Positions 9,954 through 18,767 of a DNA stretch of 64,000 nt are shown one piece after another. Position 1 is the stretch's first letter; each line of letters begins with the position of its first letter. The notes under the pieces are model-generated. The model was not told the origin of the DNA and did not search any database. It was given only the letters and a program-made list of their open reading frames with translations. Origin of the DNA: Cyanobacteriota bacterium (GTDB lineage: Bacteria > Cyanobacteriota > Cyanobacteriia > Thermostichales > Thermostichaceae); contig JANRIL010000017.1 of the NCBI GenBank assembly GCA_033764955.1, forward strand, positions 1 through 64,000, written 5' to 3'. A program made the translations under genes and the position numbers.

Positions 9954-10898
9954 ATCTTGAGGAAAATTGGGTGGTGGATCGCTATCCCCTTGACCAAGGG
10001 GTTGCCTCACCAACTCATAAAGGGCACGGCGAAACCCCTCATCTATATAACGCTGCCGAATCGGATCCCAGTGGTGCAAAGCTTGTGACTGTCGTTGGTG
10101 AAGAATCGACTGGCAAGCGGGGGAAAGTCGGTAGCGTTTTTTCAGCAACATCTGTTGGAGAACTTGGCTATCATGCAGCAGGCCAAGATCTTCTTGCAAG
10201 CCCTTCATCTCTAACACCCAGGCATCAAAGGCTTGTCCATAAAAACTAGCCAAAAATTCCCCTTGATAGCGAGCCTGCTTACATTGCTTCCGCAGGTCAT
10301 GCAGCAAAGCGTTATGGCTCACCCCGATAGCTTGACCAGGGATCCACCAAGCCGGGTGAAGCAGTGTTTGGGCAATGGTCAAGGACAACAGATCCGGTAG
10401 CAGTAACATCAGGGGATGCTGCGCTTGCTGATGGTACTGGGGATGTTTCAGCCAAGCTTCCATGCTGGCTTTCCAGGATTGATAGCGGGGACTGTGCAAC
10501 AACCGTTCGGTTTTGTGAAAGCGCCGCTGTCGTTGCTTGGCTAAATCCAGTAGGACGGTCTCCAGGCTCTCTTGATCGGTGGGATCCAAAAAGGGTTGAA
10601 AGGCGGTTCTGAGGTCGGCAATCTGCACATCCAAGTCCCGCAGTTTGCCTAGCTTTTGACTGAAGGATCCCAAAAAGTTAGACCGCAGCACTAAGGGTAG
10701 GGAGAGAGCCGGCGCAAATAGAGCCAGTGCCACCCGCAATCGTCGAGTCGCCACCCGCATCTCATGCAGAGGCTCAGGATCCTCATCCCGCAAAACTTTT
10801 CGCTCCCGTTTGAGGATAGCTTGATAGTGCTCAGCCACAATACTGTGGGCATGTTCCCCAAAGGTCAGGGAACGAGCTGTGCTCAAATCGGCGTGCAT
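9861..10898 (-). CDS. CHAD domain (polyphosphate-binding) protein
   Basis: DPEPLHEMRVATRRLR, LGKLRDLDV, LHDLRKQCKQARY, LQEDLGLLHD; C-terminal tail overlaps psbM antisense. Confidence 0.9.
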   Translation of the reverse strand: MHADLSTARSLTFGEHAHSIVAEHYQAILKRERKVLRDEDPEPLHEMRVATRRLRVALALFAPALSLPLVLRSNFLGSFSQKLGKLRDLDVQIADLRTAFQPFLDPTDQESLETVLLDLAKQRQRRFHKTERLLHSPRYQSWKASMEAWLKHPQYHQQAQHPLMLLLPDLLSLTIAQTLLHPAWWIPGQAIGVSHNALLHDLRKQCKQARYQGEFLASFYGQAFDAWVLEMKGLQEDLGLLHDSQVLQQMLLKKRYRLSPACQSILHQRQSQALHHWDPIRQRYIDEGFRRALYELVRQPLGQGDSDPPPNFPQDLAFTTASSLHIQNHQKDGGNQNHKDGSEDP

Positions 10899-10984
10899 GG
10901 CCTGGGATCCTTAAGATGGCAACTGAAGTGTCCCTCTGCCAAGATTGTGGCTGGGTGTTTTATCCTAAGACCATCTATGTCTTT

Positions 10985-11014
10985 GATAATCTTTTTATAA
11001 CCTTTTCATAACGT
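10985..11014 (+). promoter_or_regulatory. Putative SphR/Pho-box-like triple direct repeat
   Basis: GATAATCT-TTT-TATAACCT-TTT-CATAACGT, 11 bp period, resembling PyTTAAPyPy(T/A); between the phytase and CHAD genes. Confidence 0.45.
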
Positions 11015-11139
11015 CTAAGGCCATACCTCAAACAGGAACGGGATCCGCTGGAGAAGCAGGTTGATCTGGATATAAAACTTACAAAAAAGTTGCCCAGGGA
11101 TGATACCTGCTCTCCGGAAGCGCTATGGGATCCTTGATC

Positions 11140-12420
11140 CTAAAATTCTTGACGCGGATCGTAGCTAGAGGGATCAATCTCTAGTGGGGGAGAAAAGCTA
11201 TTGGCAATGTCTTCCCATTTGACAATCTTGAAATTGGAGTTAGCGTTTTCCAATTCGCCATCATCATCCACCAAAAACTCCGGTTCATTACCGCCATCAT
11301 GAGCCACAAAAGCACCAAACGGAAACTCTGATCCTAGGGGAACATTGATCACATCAGAGCCATCTGACTCTTCTACGCTATCAATCGCTTCACTAGCTTC
11401 AATCTCAAAGCTACCCAGATAGGAATTGCCCCCCTCACGGGTATAAACCGCGTAGGTATTGTCCCCCTGACTAGAAACCAAGAGATAGCCCCGTCCAGCG
11501 GAGGTGTAATAGATCGATAAACCCTCCACATCCGCCTCTAAATTCCCCCCCCCTGCCGTATCAATTAAGGATCCCGTAGTTCCCGCCTCCGGTTCTGCCA
11601 AAAATTTCCATAGACCAAAATCTTCCTCTCCCACATACAAAAATCCCAATTCATCATCCGTAACCATCCCTTCACATTGGGTGGGCAGATTGAGTGTTCG
11701 CACCCGCGTGGCTCCGATGGTGCCATCGCCATTGTCAAACAATTCTAATTGGGCAATATCGCCGCGATCATTGCTGTTGACAAAGACAAAAAACTTACCG
11801 GAAATGGGGCTTTTATACATAGTTAAGCCGTAGCTTGCTCCCTCTTCGTTATCGATGAGAAAGTCGGGAAACAAATTCGGCTCTACAGAGTCGGCTGTGA
11901 TATCAATAATCTGGCGGGCATTGGCATCAATCCGAAAAATACGAATGGTGTTGTTATTCCGCTCGGTGGCTACCGCAATATCGACATTCTCTCCCCCCAA
12001 CGGGAAGTTATAGCGCAGATCAACGTTGTTAAATCGCCCACTGTTGGGTGCGCCATAATCGGGGTCAATAAATTGCAGTTCATTGCCAGCCAGATCGTAA
12101 ACCGCCATGCCCCCCTCTTTGAAAGTTGCCAAGAAAAAGCTGAGGGAGGGATCCCCTGGATGAATGTAGATAGCCGGATCATCGGCATCCCCCACTCGTC
12201 CCAATCCAGAGCCGTCGGCATCAATAATGTTGGGGGTTTCGGCTTGGGCAACAATGCCAGTGTCGGGATTAGGGGTTGCGGTAAAGGTGGGAGAAGGGGA
12301 GGGGTTGGAGGTGGTAGGACTGGAAGAACTATCGCTACAACTAGTGATCAACAGGGAAGTCACTAGAGAAGAGGCGCATAGCACCCCGCACCAACGAGTC
12401 AAAGACGAGAACGATATCAT
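11140..12420 (-). CDS. Beta-propeller phytase (3-phytase), lipoprotein
   Basis: DADDPAIYIHP, RFNNVDLRY, QCEGMVTDDE, YVGEEDFGLW, ADVEGLSIY, SSQGDNTY; lipobox LITSC followed by an S/P/T linker. Confidence 0.92.
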   Translation of the reverse strand: MISFSSLTRWCGVLCASSLVTSLLITSCSDSSSSPTTSNPSPSPTFTATPNPDTGIVAQAETPNIIDADGSGLGRVGDADDPAIYIHPGDPSLSFFLATFKEGGMAVYDLAGNELQFIDPDYGAPNSGRFNNVDLRYNFPLGGENVDIAVATERNNNTIRIFRIDANARQIIDITADSVEPNLFPDFLIDNEEGASYGLTMYKSPISGKFFVFVNSNDRGDIAQLELFDNGDGTIGATRVRTLNLPTQCEGMVTDDELGFLYVGEEDFGLWKFLAEPEAGTTGSLIDTAGGGNLEADVEGLSIYYTSAGRGYLLVSSQGDNTYAVYTREGGNSYLGSFEIEASEAIDSVEESDGSDVINVPLGSEFPFGAFVAHDGGNEPEFLVDDDGELENANSNFKIVKWEDIANSFSPPLEIDPSSYDPRQEF

Positions 12421-12555
12421 TCGAAATGCTCCTCACATGGAATAACAGGCCACATCACCCCAAACTGGCTACACCGACCAACATGGGGTAGTATGACGAG
12501 CTAACCCACGGATAGAGGACAGGATAAGCCATCCCATTCCCATACAGGGTTAAAT

Positions 12556-12978
12556 TTAGGTGATCCCGTTGGTGAGGTTTATTTCGGCAACAACGGCAGT
12601 AGAGATGGGATTGAGTTCCATTAATTTCATCGACTCAGGCATGATTGGTGAAAAGATCAACCCTGCTCCCATCAGCGCCATAATGGCGTTTTCGGTAAAG
12701 CTGACAATACCCAAGGGAGGCTTAGAATTGCCCCCGACACACGCACAATTGAGGGCTAATTTGTCGATATAAACGGCCTTAAAAACAGATGTTGCTCCGG
12801 CCAGTCCAACGATTAAAGATCCAATCCCTGTAACGAGTGAAGCTATGCCTGACAAAAACCCCAACCCCACCAACAATTCAATAAATGGGTAAGCTTTTCC
12901 ATAGGGCTTAAAGCGTTTGGTCACCAAATCATATTTCTCAAAGCTATTGGCAAATGCATTCACATCCATCAGCTTTAG
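12556..12978 (-). pseudogene. 5'-truncated MauE/DoxX-family (glutaredoxin-MauE type) membrane protein
   Basis: LKLMDVNAFANSFEKYDL...YPFIELLVG...LNCACVGGNSKPPLGIVSFTEN; homology stops at the IS605-type element and does not resume beyond it. Confidence 0.7.
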
Positions 12979-12983
12979 GTTAC

Positions 12984-13193
12984 TCGGCGGGAAGCCCCGC
13001 ACCCTAACCGATAGGGTCGGCGTCGGGATGATAGCCAGGGTCGGCGTACTCCGCACAATTTGGACTAGCCGACCAACTTTTGCTATGGTGTTTCCAAGTG
13101 GGGTTGGGCGTCGCCTCACTATAAAACGCGAAGTCCTGAAAAGGATGGAGAAGCCCACACCACATGTTTGCATCGGTGATGGGAGTACGTCAC
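12984..13193 (+). mobile_element. Non-autonomous IS200/IS605-family miniature element (no tnpA or tnpB)
   Basis: Preceded by TTAC (12980-12983); left end GGGAAGCCCCGCAC-hairpin-GTCGGGATG; right end GAGAAGCCCACAC...GGGAGTACGTCAC ending in TCAC; no terminal inverted repeats and no target duplication. Confidence 0.75.
13061..13089 (+). promoter_or_regulatory. Sigma70-type promoter inside the IS605-type element
   Basis: TGGACT-N17-TATGGT with extended TGn (TGC TATGGT), pointing into the right end. Confidence 0.55.
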
Positions 13194-13331
13194 GAAAACC
13201 CCTCGATAAATAAGCTCATCCTGACACTTGCTAAAAGGGATCCCAGGCATCAACCAGAGTCCGAAGGCTGTCCTTCAACACCCTTAAACATAAGTGGCTG
13301 TAAACCCATTTGATGGTCTACCAAATCTTGG

Positions 13332-14315
13332 CTATCGGATCCCTTTGGCAGAAGCAAACACCGCTTGAGCTGTTGGGGATCCGATATAGCGCCAATGCCA
13401 GGGTTCGTAGCTTACCCCCTGTGAATTGTCGGGGGGAAAGGAAAGCTCAAAGCCGTAGCGGGGGGCATGAGTGCTCAGCCAAGCGAAAGCAGAGGTGTCA
13501 GCAAAACGGTATTGCAAGTGGGTTTGGGGAGAGCGCCCGTCACCGATATCGAGGGCATAACCCGTGTGGTGTTCACTATAGCCGGGCGGAGCCGAAAGCC
13601 GCATAGCTGCTGCTTCGGATCCCCGCCGCTGGATCTGCCGCTGAAAAAGTCCGGCTTGGGTTTGCCAATTGCGAAACCCAGAAATCGGCACCAGACTGAT
13701 CCCTGCTGCCTTGGCGCTAGCTTGCATAGACAGAAAGGCCTGGGCTGCTTCCTGGTGTAGCCGCTCTACCCGTTGCCCATGCCCACCTTGGTTGAGGGGA
13801 GCCAGCCATGATTCCGCTAAGACCGCATAGGGAAAGTGGTAGGGGCGGGCAGGTTGAGGATCCCGTTTGGCTACGATGACCGGAGGCTGAGTCTGGCTGG
13901 ACTTTGGGGAGAGTTCCGTGAAACCAGGGGGATCCACAGGCTGAGGGATCCTGAAATCCACCGGAGGAATCGGTGGCGGAACCGAGCTGTCCATCCATCC
14001 GGGCAAGGGATCCCCAGTCGCTTTCACCAATACCGGTAGTCCTAACTGTTGCAGTTGCGCCTGACGGCGTTGGGCGTTGCTGGGCTGGGCAAAAGTTCCC
14101 GCCAAAATCCCCGTCTGATCTCCTTCCGTTCGCAACAAAGCATCAGGAACTTCCGCAAGCACTTGCTGTAAAACCTGCTCAGCCCGTCCCCGCTCTACTG
14201 AAACCCAAACCTGATAACGGGGATTAGCACTTGCCTGTATGGGTAGCCAATACAGTAGGAGCAGACAGAGAATCCCGATCAAACCTGCCGCTATTTGCCG
14301 TTGTAGTCTTGTCAT
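13332..14315 (-). CDS. D-alanyl-D-alanine carboxypeptidase (M15B/VanY) with N-terminal SPOR-like domain
   Basis: ISGFR, SAPPGYSEHHTGYALD, YEPWHWRY; signal peptide; AGTFAQPSNAQRR SPOR-like motif. Confidence 0.9.
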   Translation of the reverse strand: MTRLQRQIAAGLIGILCLLLLYWLPIQASANPRYQVWVSVERGRAEQVLQQVLAEVPDALLRTEGDQTGILAGTFAQPSNAQRRQAQLQQLGLPVLVKATGDPLPGWMDSSVPPPIPPVDFRIPQPVDPPGFTELSPKSSQTQPPVIVAKRDPQPARPYHFPYAVLAESWLAPLNQGGHGQRVERLHQEAAQAFLSMQASAKAAGISLVPISGFRNWQTQAGLFQRQIQRRGSEAAAMRLSAPPGYSEHHTGYALDIGDGRSPQTHLQYRFADTSAFAWLSTHAPRYGFELSFPPDNSQGVSYEPWHWRYIGSPTAQAVFASAKGIR

Positions 14316-14375
14316 CTCTTCACCCTCCTCATCACCACTTCCATCATCTCCATAGCTGGATATACCGCTAATTTT

Positions 14376-14930
14376 CTAGTCTGACAGGATCGCTAGCTGC
14401 ATTTTTAAGAAGTGACTGGCGGTTCCCCTCACTGCCGATGAACTTGCCCCTGAGGGATAGATCCAGCCCTCTACCTGTCTGGGATCCCGCCAAAGCTGGA
14501 GGTGATCCACAAACGGATCGGCGTAAAACTGAGCTTGTCCTTGCCCCCACCACCAACCATTTTGATGGGTAGCCAGATCGTGACTCAGGCGGCTGACTCG
14601 GCAGGGCAACCGAAGGGGTACACACCAGCCATCCCAAGCAATCACACCCAAGAGGTGAGGGTGCAGACTGGCTAACCCCAGTGCCCCCACTACTCCCGCA
14701 CTAAAAGCCACCACAATCCATCCCCCTGCAAACTCACCCGTTTGGGTTAACCATCGATGGATCGCCGCCCCATGCCAAGGGATCCCTTCATACCAAACAG
14801 CCGACCAAGCCGGATCGGCCCAGCTTGCCCAGAAAGACTGAAAGCCACGGTGAGCCTCTTGCTCCACAGGTGAGCATCGGGATCCCGGTAGAACCAAAAT
14901 GCGGGGTCGAGAGTCAGGAGTTATTCTCAT
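14376..14930 (-). CDS. Hypothetical alpha/beta-hydrolase-like protein
   Basis: AFSAGVVG nucleophile-elbow-like motif, DGWCVPL, RLSHD, VDHLQLW. Confidence 0.7.
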   Translation of the reverse strand: MRITPDSRPRILVLPGSRCSPVEQEAHRGFQSFWASWADPAWSAVWYEGIPWHGAAIHRWLTQTGEFAGGWIVVAFSAGVVGALGLASLHPHLLGVIAWDGWCVPLRLPCRVSRLSHDLATHQNGWWWGQGQAQFYADPFVDHLQLWRDPRQVEGWIYPSGASSSAVRGTASHFLKMQLAILSD

Positions 14931-15240
14931 TTTGCATGGAGGAGGAGTGTGTTTGGCTTCTCTGTCTAGGCTAACCAAATCTCCGATTCCTCGGTCAACC
15001 ATCCCTTGTCATTAGGGATTTCGCCATACCTGAGGATCTGCTCAGTGAAACCCAAGGCTTTTCAGGCTACGGTAGGTTAGGGCAAGATTCAATGAGAATC
15101 CTGCCTGACGCTTGGACAGGCCATCAACTTGGCCTTACTGCATAAGCAGACTGTCTCCCTTCCCCTAGGCTCCTCAGGGAAATGTTAACTTTCTCTAAAG
15201 AAAAGCTTACAATTTCGAGTATGAAAGGGATCGATCACCT

Positions 15241-15972
15241 ATGAACTCACTGCCCCTCATCAGTGTCAATCAACTTAGCCATTACTTTGGGGAGGGATCC
15301 CTGCGTAAGCAGGTGTTGTTTGACATCAATCTGGAGGTGCGGGGGGGTGAAATCATCATCATGACGGGGCCTTCGGGTTCTGGCAAAACCACCCTGCTCA
15401 CCCTGATCGGCGGCTTGCGCTCGGTGCAGGAGGGCAGTTTGTTATTGATGGGGCAAGAAATGGCCGGAGCCAAACCTGCTCAACAAATCGCCGCCCGCCG
15501 CCATATTGGCTATATTTTTCAGGGACATAATCTCCTTAAGTTTCTGACCGCACGACAAAATGTGCAGATGTCTGTGGAGCTACATTCCACCAATGGCAAG
15601 CAGTCTCACCGCCAAGCAGAGGAAGTCTTGCGAGCGGTTGGTTTGGGGGAGCGCATCAACTACTATCCCGATAAATTGTCAGGTGGACAAAAACAGCGGG
15701 TGGCAATTGCCCGTGCCTTGGTGAGTCGTCCCAAAATCGTCTTAGCGGATGAACCCACAGCCGCTCTCGACAGCAAATCCGGTCGGGAAGTAGTCAATCT
15801 GATGCAACAGCTTGCCCGTGAGCAAGAATGCGCCATTTTGATGGTGACCCACGATCATCGGATTCTGGATATTGCCGATCGCATCGTTCATATGGAGGAT
15901 GGGCATTTGAGTTCGGATACTCAGCTTGCTCAGACCGGTTCTGCTCCCCTCTTGGCACAGTTTTCTCGATAG
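15241..15972 (+). CDS. DevA-family ABC transporter ATP-binding protein
   Basis: GPSGSGKT Walker A, LSGGQKQRVAIARAL, LADEPT, VTHD. Confidence 0.93.
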   Translation: MNSLPLISVNQLSHYFGEGSLRKQVLFDINLEVRGGEIIIMTGPSGSGKTTLLTLIGGLRSVQEGSLLLMGQEMAGAKPAQQIAARRHIGYIFQGHNLLKFLTARQNVQMSVELHSTNGKQSHRQAEEVLRAVGLGERINYYPDKLSGGQKQRVAIARALVSRPKIVLADEPTAALDSKSGREVVNLMQQLAREQECAILMVTHDHRILDIADRIVHMEDGHLSSDTQLAQTGSAPLLAQFSR

Positions 15973-16072
15973 ACCATCTCGATGAGCAATAGTCCCTAGG
16001 CAAAACGGCAGGGGATTCTGGTGCCACCTCACCACAGGTCAGAAGCCCTGATCGCCCTATTTCAAGCACAAG

Positions 16073-16498
16073 CTAACTTCCCCCTTGGCAAACTTGCTCA
16101 ACTAATTCAGCATTAATCAACGGAAAGAGTTCGGCAAACTCTTCGGTAGACCAGTTGCCTGTGCAGACATTTTGCTGAATATGCCATTTGGCTAGCACTT
16201 CTTCTGGCAAGGGATCCCCCGTCGTGGAAACAGCGGTATCAGAGCCAGGGGGGCTAGCCCCACCCGGATTGCTGGTGAGATCCCGCAGAGATCCGCGTGC
16301 CGGAGCGGCGGTTCGCCCAGTGGATCCCTGTTCAAAATTGTTAAATTGGCGGGTCGAGTTTTCGTTGGTTTCCCGCAGACCCCGCGCTCGATCGACAGGG
16401 GCTTGGGCTTGGCTCGCCAGCGGAAAAATCAAGAGAGCCGCTAACCCGCTCAATGTGGCGAGGCAGGTGGATCGGTAAACAAAAGCGGAGAGAACCAT
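16073..16498 (-). CDS. Secreted hypothetical protein
   Basis: Signal-peptide-like N-terminus (ASQA|Q), disordered middle, C-terminal Cys pair. Confidence 0.65.
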   Translation of the reverse strand: MVLSAFVYRSTCLATLSGLAALLIFPLASQAQAPVDRARGLRETNENSTRQFNNFEQGSTGRTAAPARGSLRDLTSNPGGASPPGSDTAVSTTGDPLPEEVLAKWHIQQNVCTGNWSTEEFAELFPLINAELVEQVCQGGS

Positions 16499-16736
16499 GA
16501 TGCCCTAACCTCAAACCCCAATACTTGTGGTGATTCTTCAATTATTCCCCAACTTGCCAGAGTTGGCCGCTCTTATCGAAGAGCACCCCATCGCCTAGGG
16601 ATCCACAAACTAGGGATCATCAGGTAGTGCGGATAGGATTTCACTCTTCTTGACTGGATTAGTGAATCCCTGATCGCTTCCTAATGATCAACTGAAATTT
16701 ACTCAAATGGGATCCCTTTTTCTGAGATCGCCTTCC

Positions 16737-16838
16737 ATAGCAATTAGGAACGATATATGAGATTTCTTAGCTCCCCTCTCCCAGGGCGGGGGAGGGAGTC
16801 GGGGTGAGGGCTGCTTACAATTCACGACAGCTTGCTAT
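16737..16838. repeat. MITE-like / small dispersed repeat with CCCCTCTCCC..GGGGTGAGGG core
   Basis: Terminal ATAGCAA...TTGCTAT inverted ends; internal hairpin CTCCCCTCTCCC-AGGGC-GGGGGAGGGAG followed by GGGGTGAGGG. Confidence 0.55.
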
Positions 16839-16963
16839 ATTCATCAAAAACATATCAAGAAATATGGATAACTTCGTCACAAATTATTGAGAGAGCTAGA
16901 GCGGATTTCGTCAGGGATGGTAGGGTAATGGCCTTAGAAATGCTCTTTCTTTGAGTCTTAATA

Positions 16964-17137
16964 ATGTTTAACAAGTCTAAGCAGGATTGGGCCAGTCGAA
17001 CCTTTTGTGCGGGAGTTGGCGCGACATTAGCAGCTTCTATTTCTATTGCCCATGGGCAACCCCCTTTGGTCTCTCTCATGGTGATTAGTGGAGCCACGAT
17101 TTTTACGTTGCTCTTGGATGATTTAGGAATTATCTAA
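16964..17137 (+). CDS. Putative 57 aa two-TM small membrane protein
   Basis: Translated by hand: MFNKSKQDWASRTFCAGVGATLAASISIAHGQPPLVSLMVISGATIFTLLLDDLGII; its stop overlaps the stop of the convergent ATPase gene. Confidence 0.65.
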   Translation: MFNKSKQDWASRTFCAGVGATLAASISIAHGQPPLVSLMVISGATIFTLLLDDLGII

Positions 17138-18387
17138 GCTGAGCTATCTTGTGCCAATGAACTAAAAAAACTTTCATCCTCTTGCAAAGAAGCTTCTTGC
17201 AGCTCAACGGCATGGGGTTTTAGATCGGTATGGTAGAGATAGGCCATATCCAGGGCTTCTAGCGTAGCTCGCAGATGGGTGCGAATGGGTTGACTGCCAA
17301 CACTCTCGATCAGTGCCAGCACATCCACTTGAGGTTGCCAGTCATAGGCAATGCTGTGCAGATCAACAATTTTGTTGAGGAGAATCACTAAATCTTGGGA
17401 TCGTAAGGGTTGAATGGAAGGGCAGTGGCTACTAATCGCCTGATCAAAAAAACGGATTAAATCTTGGGCAACCGTTTCTCCCAGCCGCTCAGCCGCAAGG
17501 GCAGGGATGAGGGCACGGTCATGGCGAGCGGTGGGGGTGAGGTGACCGCTAAACCAAACATCATGGCGCAGGCTAGAAGCCGCCATCCCTACCGTGTAGA
17601 CAGGATAAGGATTAGCTTGTGATGACCAGCGCAATAGCCAGTTGAGATGACGGTAAGCTTGCAATCGTCCCAGTTTCCCCAAGCGCCCGATCAATTCCAC
17701 TTCATCGATTAAGATCACCCAACCCTTATACCCTGCCAACACTATCGCATCCGCCAAAACCCCAAAATAAGCACTGGCATGTTCACTAGCTTTGAAGCTG
17801 ACCGGAAAGCGCGGCAGGGATCCCCCTCGACAATCCCGGTGGATCCGCCGTAGCTCTGGGAGCGTCAGACGGGTTCCGGCCAGATCTCCAAACAGCAGTT
17901 CTTGATCGTCGCCGATGGCATAAAAGCTGTCCTCCAAAATGAGAGCGGGTAAGGGATGAGAGTAGCGATCTGCCTGGGCTAAGGGGCTTTGAGCCAGTTG
18001 GCTGGTGGTTTTGTGGCTGAGGGGATGGGCTAGCCCAAATCCTTGTTTGTCGGGCAAGCGCAGAATGCTGGCAACACGGCTATAAAAGTTGAGCAGATGG
18101 TGGCAGGAGACCTCGCGGCTAAGCGCCACCCGACTGACCGCAAACCCCATATCCAGAGCGAGGTGTTCGATGCTGGTCAGAGCATGGGTTTTGCCTTGAC
18201 CATAGGCTCCCCAAATCAATCGTCCGCAGGTCTGGGAGCCAAAGGTTTGTAAATCCTCCTGCATCTGTTGGGTCAACCCAGCCCGCAAGTCCGGCAACTC
18301 ACGGGTAGACAGGCGAGTCGGAATGCCAGAACGGAGGGATTCGATCAGGGTGATGGCACGTTTGCGGGGGGCAGGATATTGTTGCAT
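17134..18387 (-). CDS. BrxD/DUF2791-like P-loop ATPase
   Basis: IESLRSGIP N-terminus, Walker A GAYGQGKTH, GFAVSRVALS, Walker B WVILIDEVE, then RLQAY. Confidence 0.8.
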   Translation of the reverse strand: MQQYPAPRKRAITLIESLRSGIPTRLSTRELPDLRAGLTQQMQEDLQTFGSQTCGRLIWGAYGQGKTHALTSIEHLALDMGFAVSRVALSREVSCHHLLNFYSRVASILRLPDKQGFGLAHPLSHKTTSQLAQSPLAQADRYSHPLPALILEDSFYAIGDDQELLFGDLAGTRLTLPELRRIHRDCRGGSLPRFPVSFKASEHASAYFGVLADAIVLAGYKGWVILIDEVELIGRLGKLGRLQAYRHLNWLLRWSSQANPYPVYTVGMAASSLRHDVWFSGHLTPTARHDRALIPALAAERLGETVAQDLIRFFDQAISSHCPSIQPLRSQDLVILLNKIVDLHSIAYDWQPQVDVLALIESVGSQPIRTHLRATLEALDMAYLYHTDLKPHAVELQEASLQEDESFFSSLAQDSSA

Positions 18388-18475
18388 AACAGGCTCTCCT
18401 CACAAAACCTACCTAGATAGGCAGAAGGGAATTTAGATTGAATGGTAACTGTTTCTGCTCAAGGTTTCCCCTGCC

Positions 18476-18751
18476 ATGTCCCCTTCTGCCGCTGCGATCC
18501 GTCATGCCATTCGCCAACTGTATCAATCCATGTCTGTGGAGGAGGAGAAGCGTTGCTTGTGGCGGATTGCTGAACAGTCCAGCCTACTAAATTTACAAGA
18601 ACAGCAAGCGTTGCAAGGGGATCCCGGCCAACTCACCTCGGAGCAGCAATACCGGATTTGGGAGTGGGTGCATGACTGGGAATCTACCCACAAGCGGGAT
18701 TGGGAAATTGAACAATCTCAGCCAGATACGGAGAGCAAATATGATGACTGA
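18476..18751 (+). CDS. Hypothetical protein
   Basis: 91 aa ATG-start ORF filling the gap between the ATPase and aat; natural-looking helical composition. Confidence 0.6.
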   Translation: MSPSAAAIRHAIRQLYQSMSVEEEKRCLWRIAEQSSLLNLQEQQALQGDPGQLTSEQQYRIWEWVHDWESTHKRDWEIEQSQPDTESKYDD

Positions 18752-18767
18752 GCCGATGCCTTGACCC

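Noticed and set aside
16569..16690. Nested inverted repeats (GGATTTCACT...AGTGAATCC) as a possible ncRNA
   Set aside because: Stems are short and imperfect, with no promoter or family support
16855..17097. 80 aa - strand ORF as a partner of the BrxD-like ATPase
   Set aside because: The opposite-strand 57 aa hydrophobic ORF looks more like a real protein
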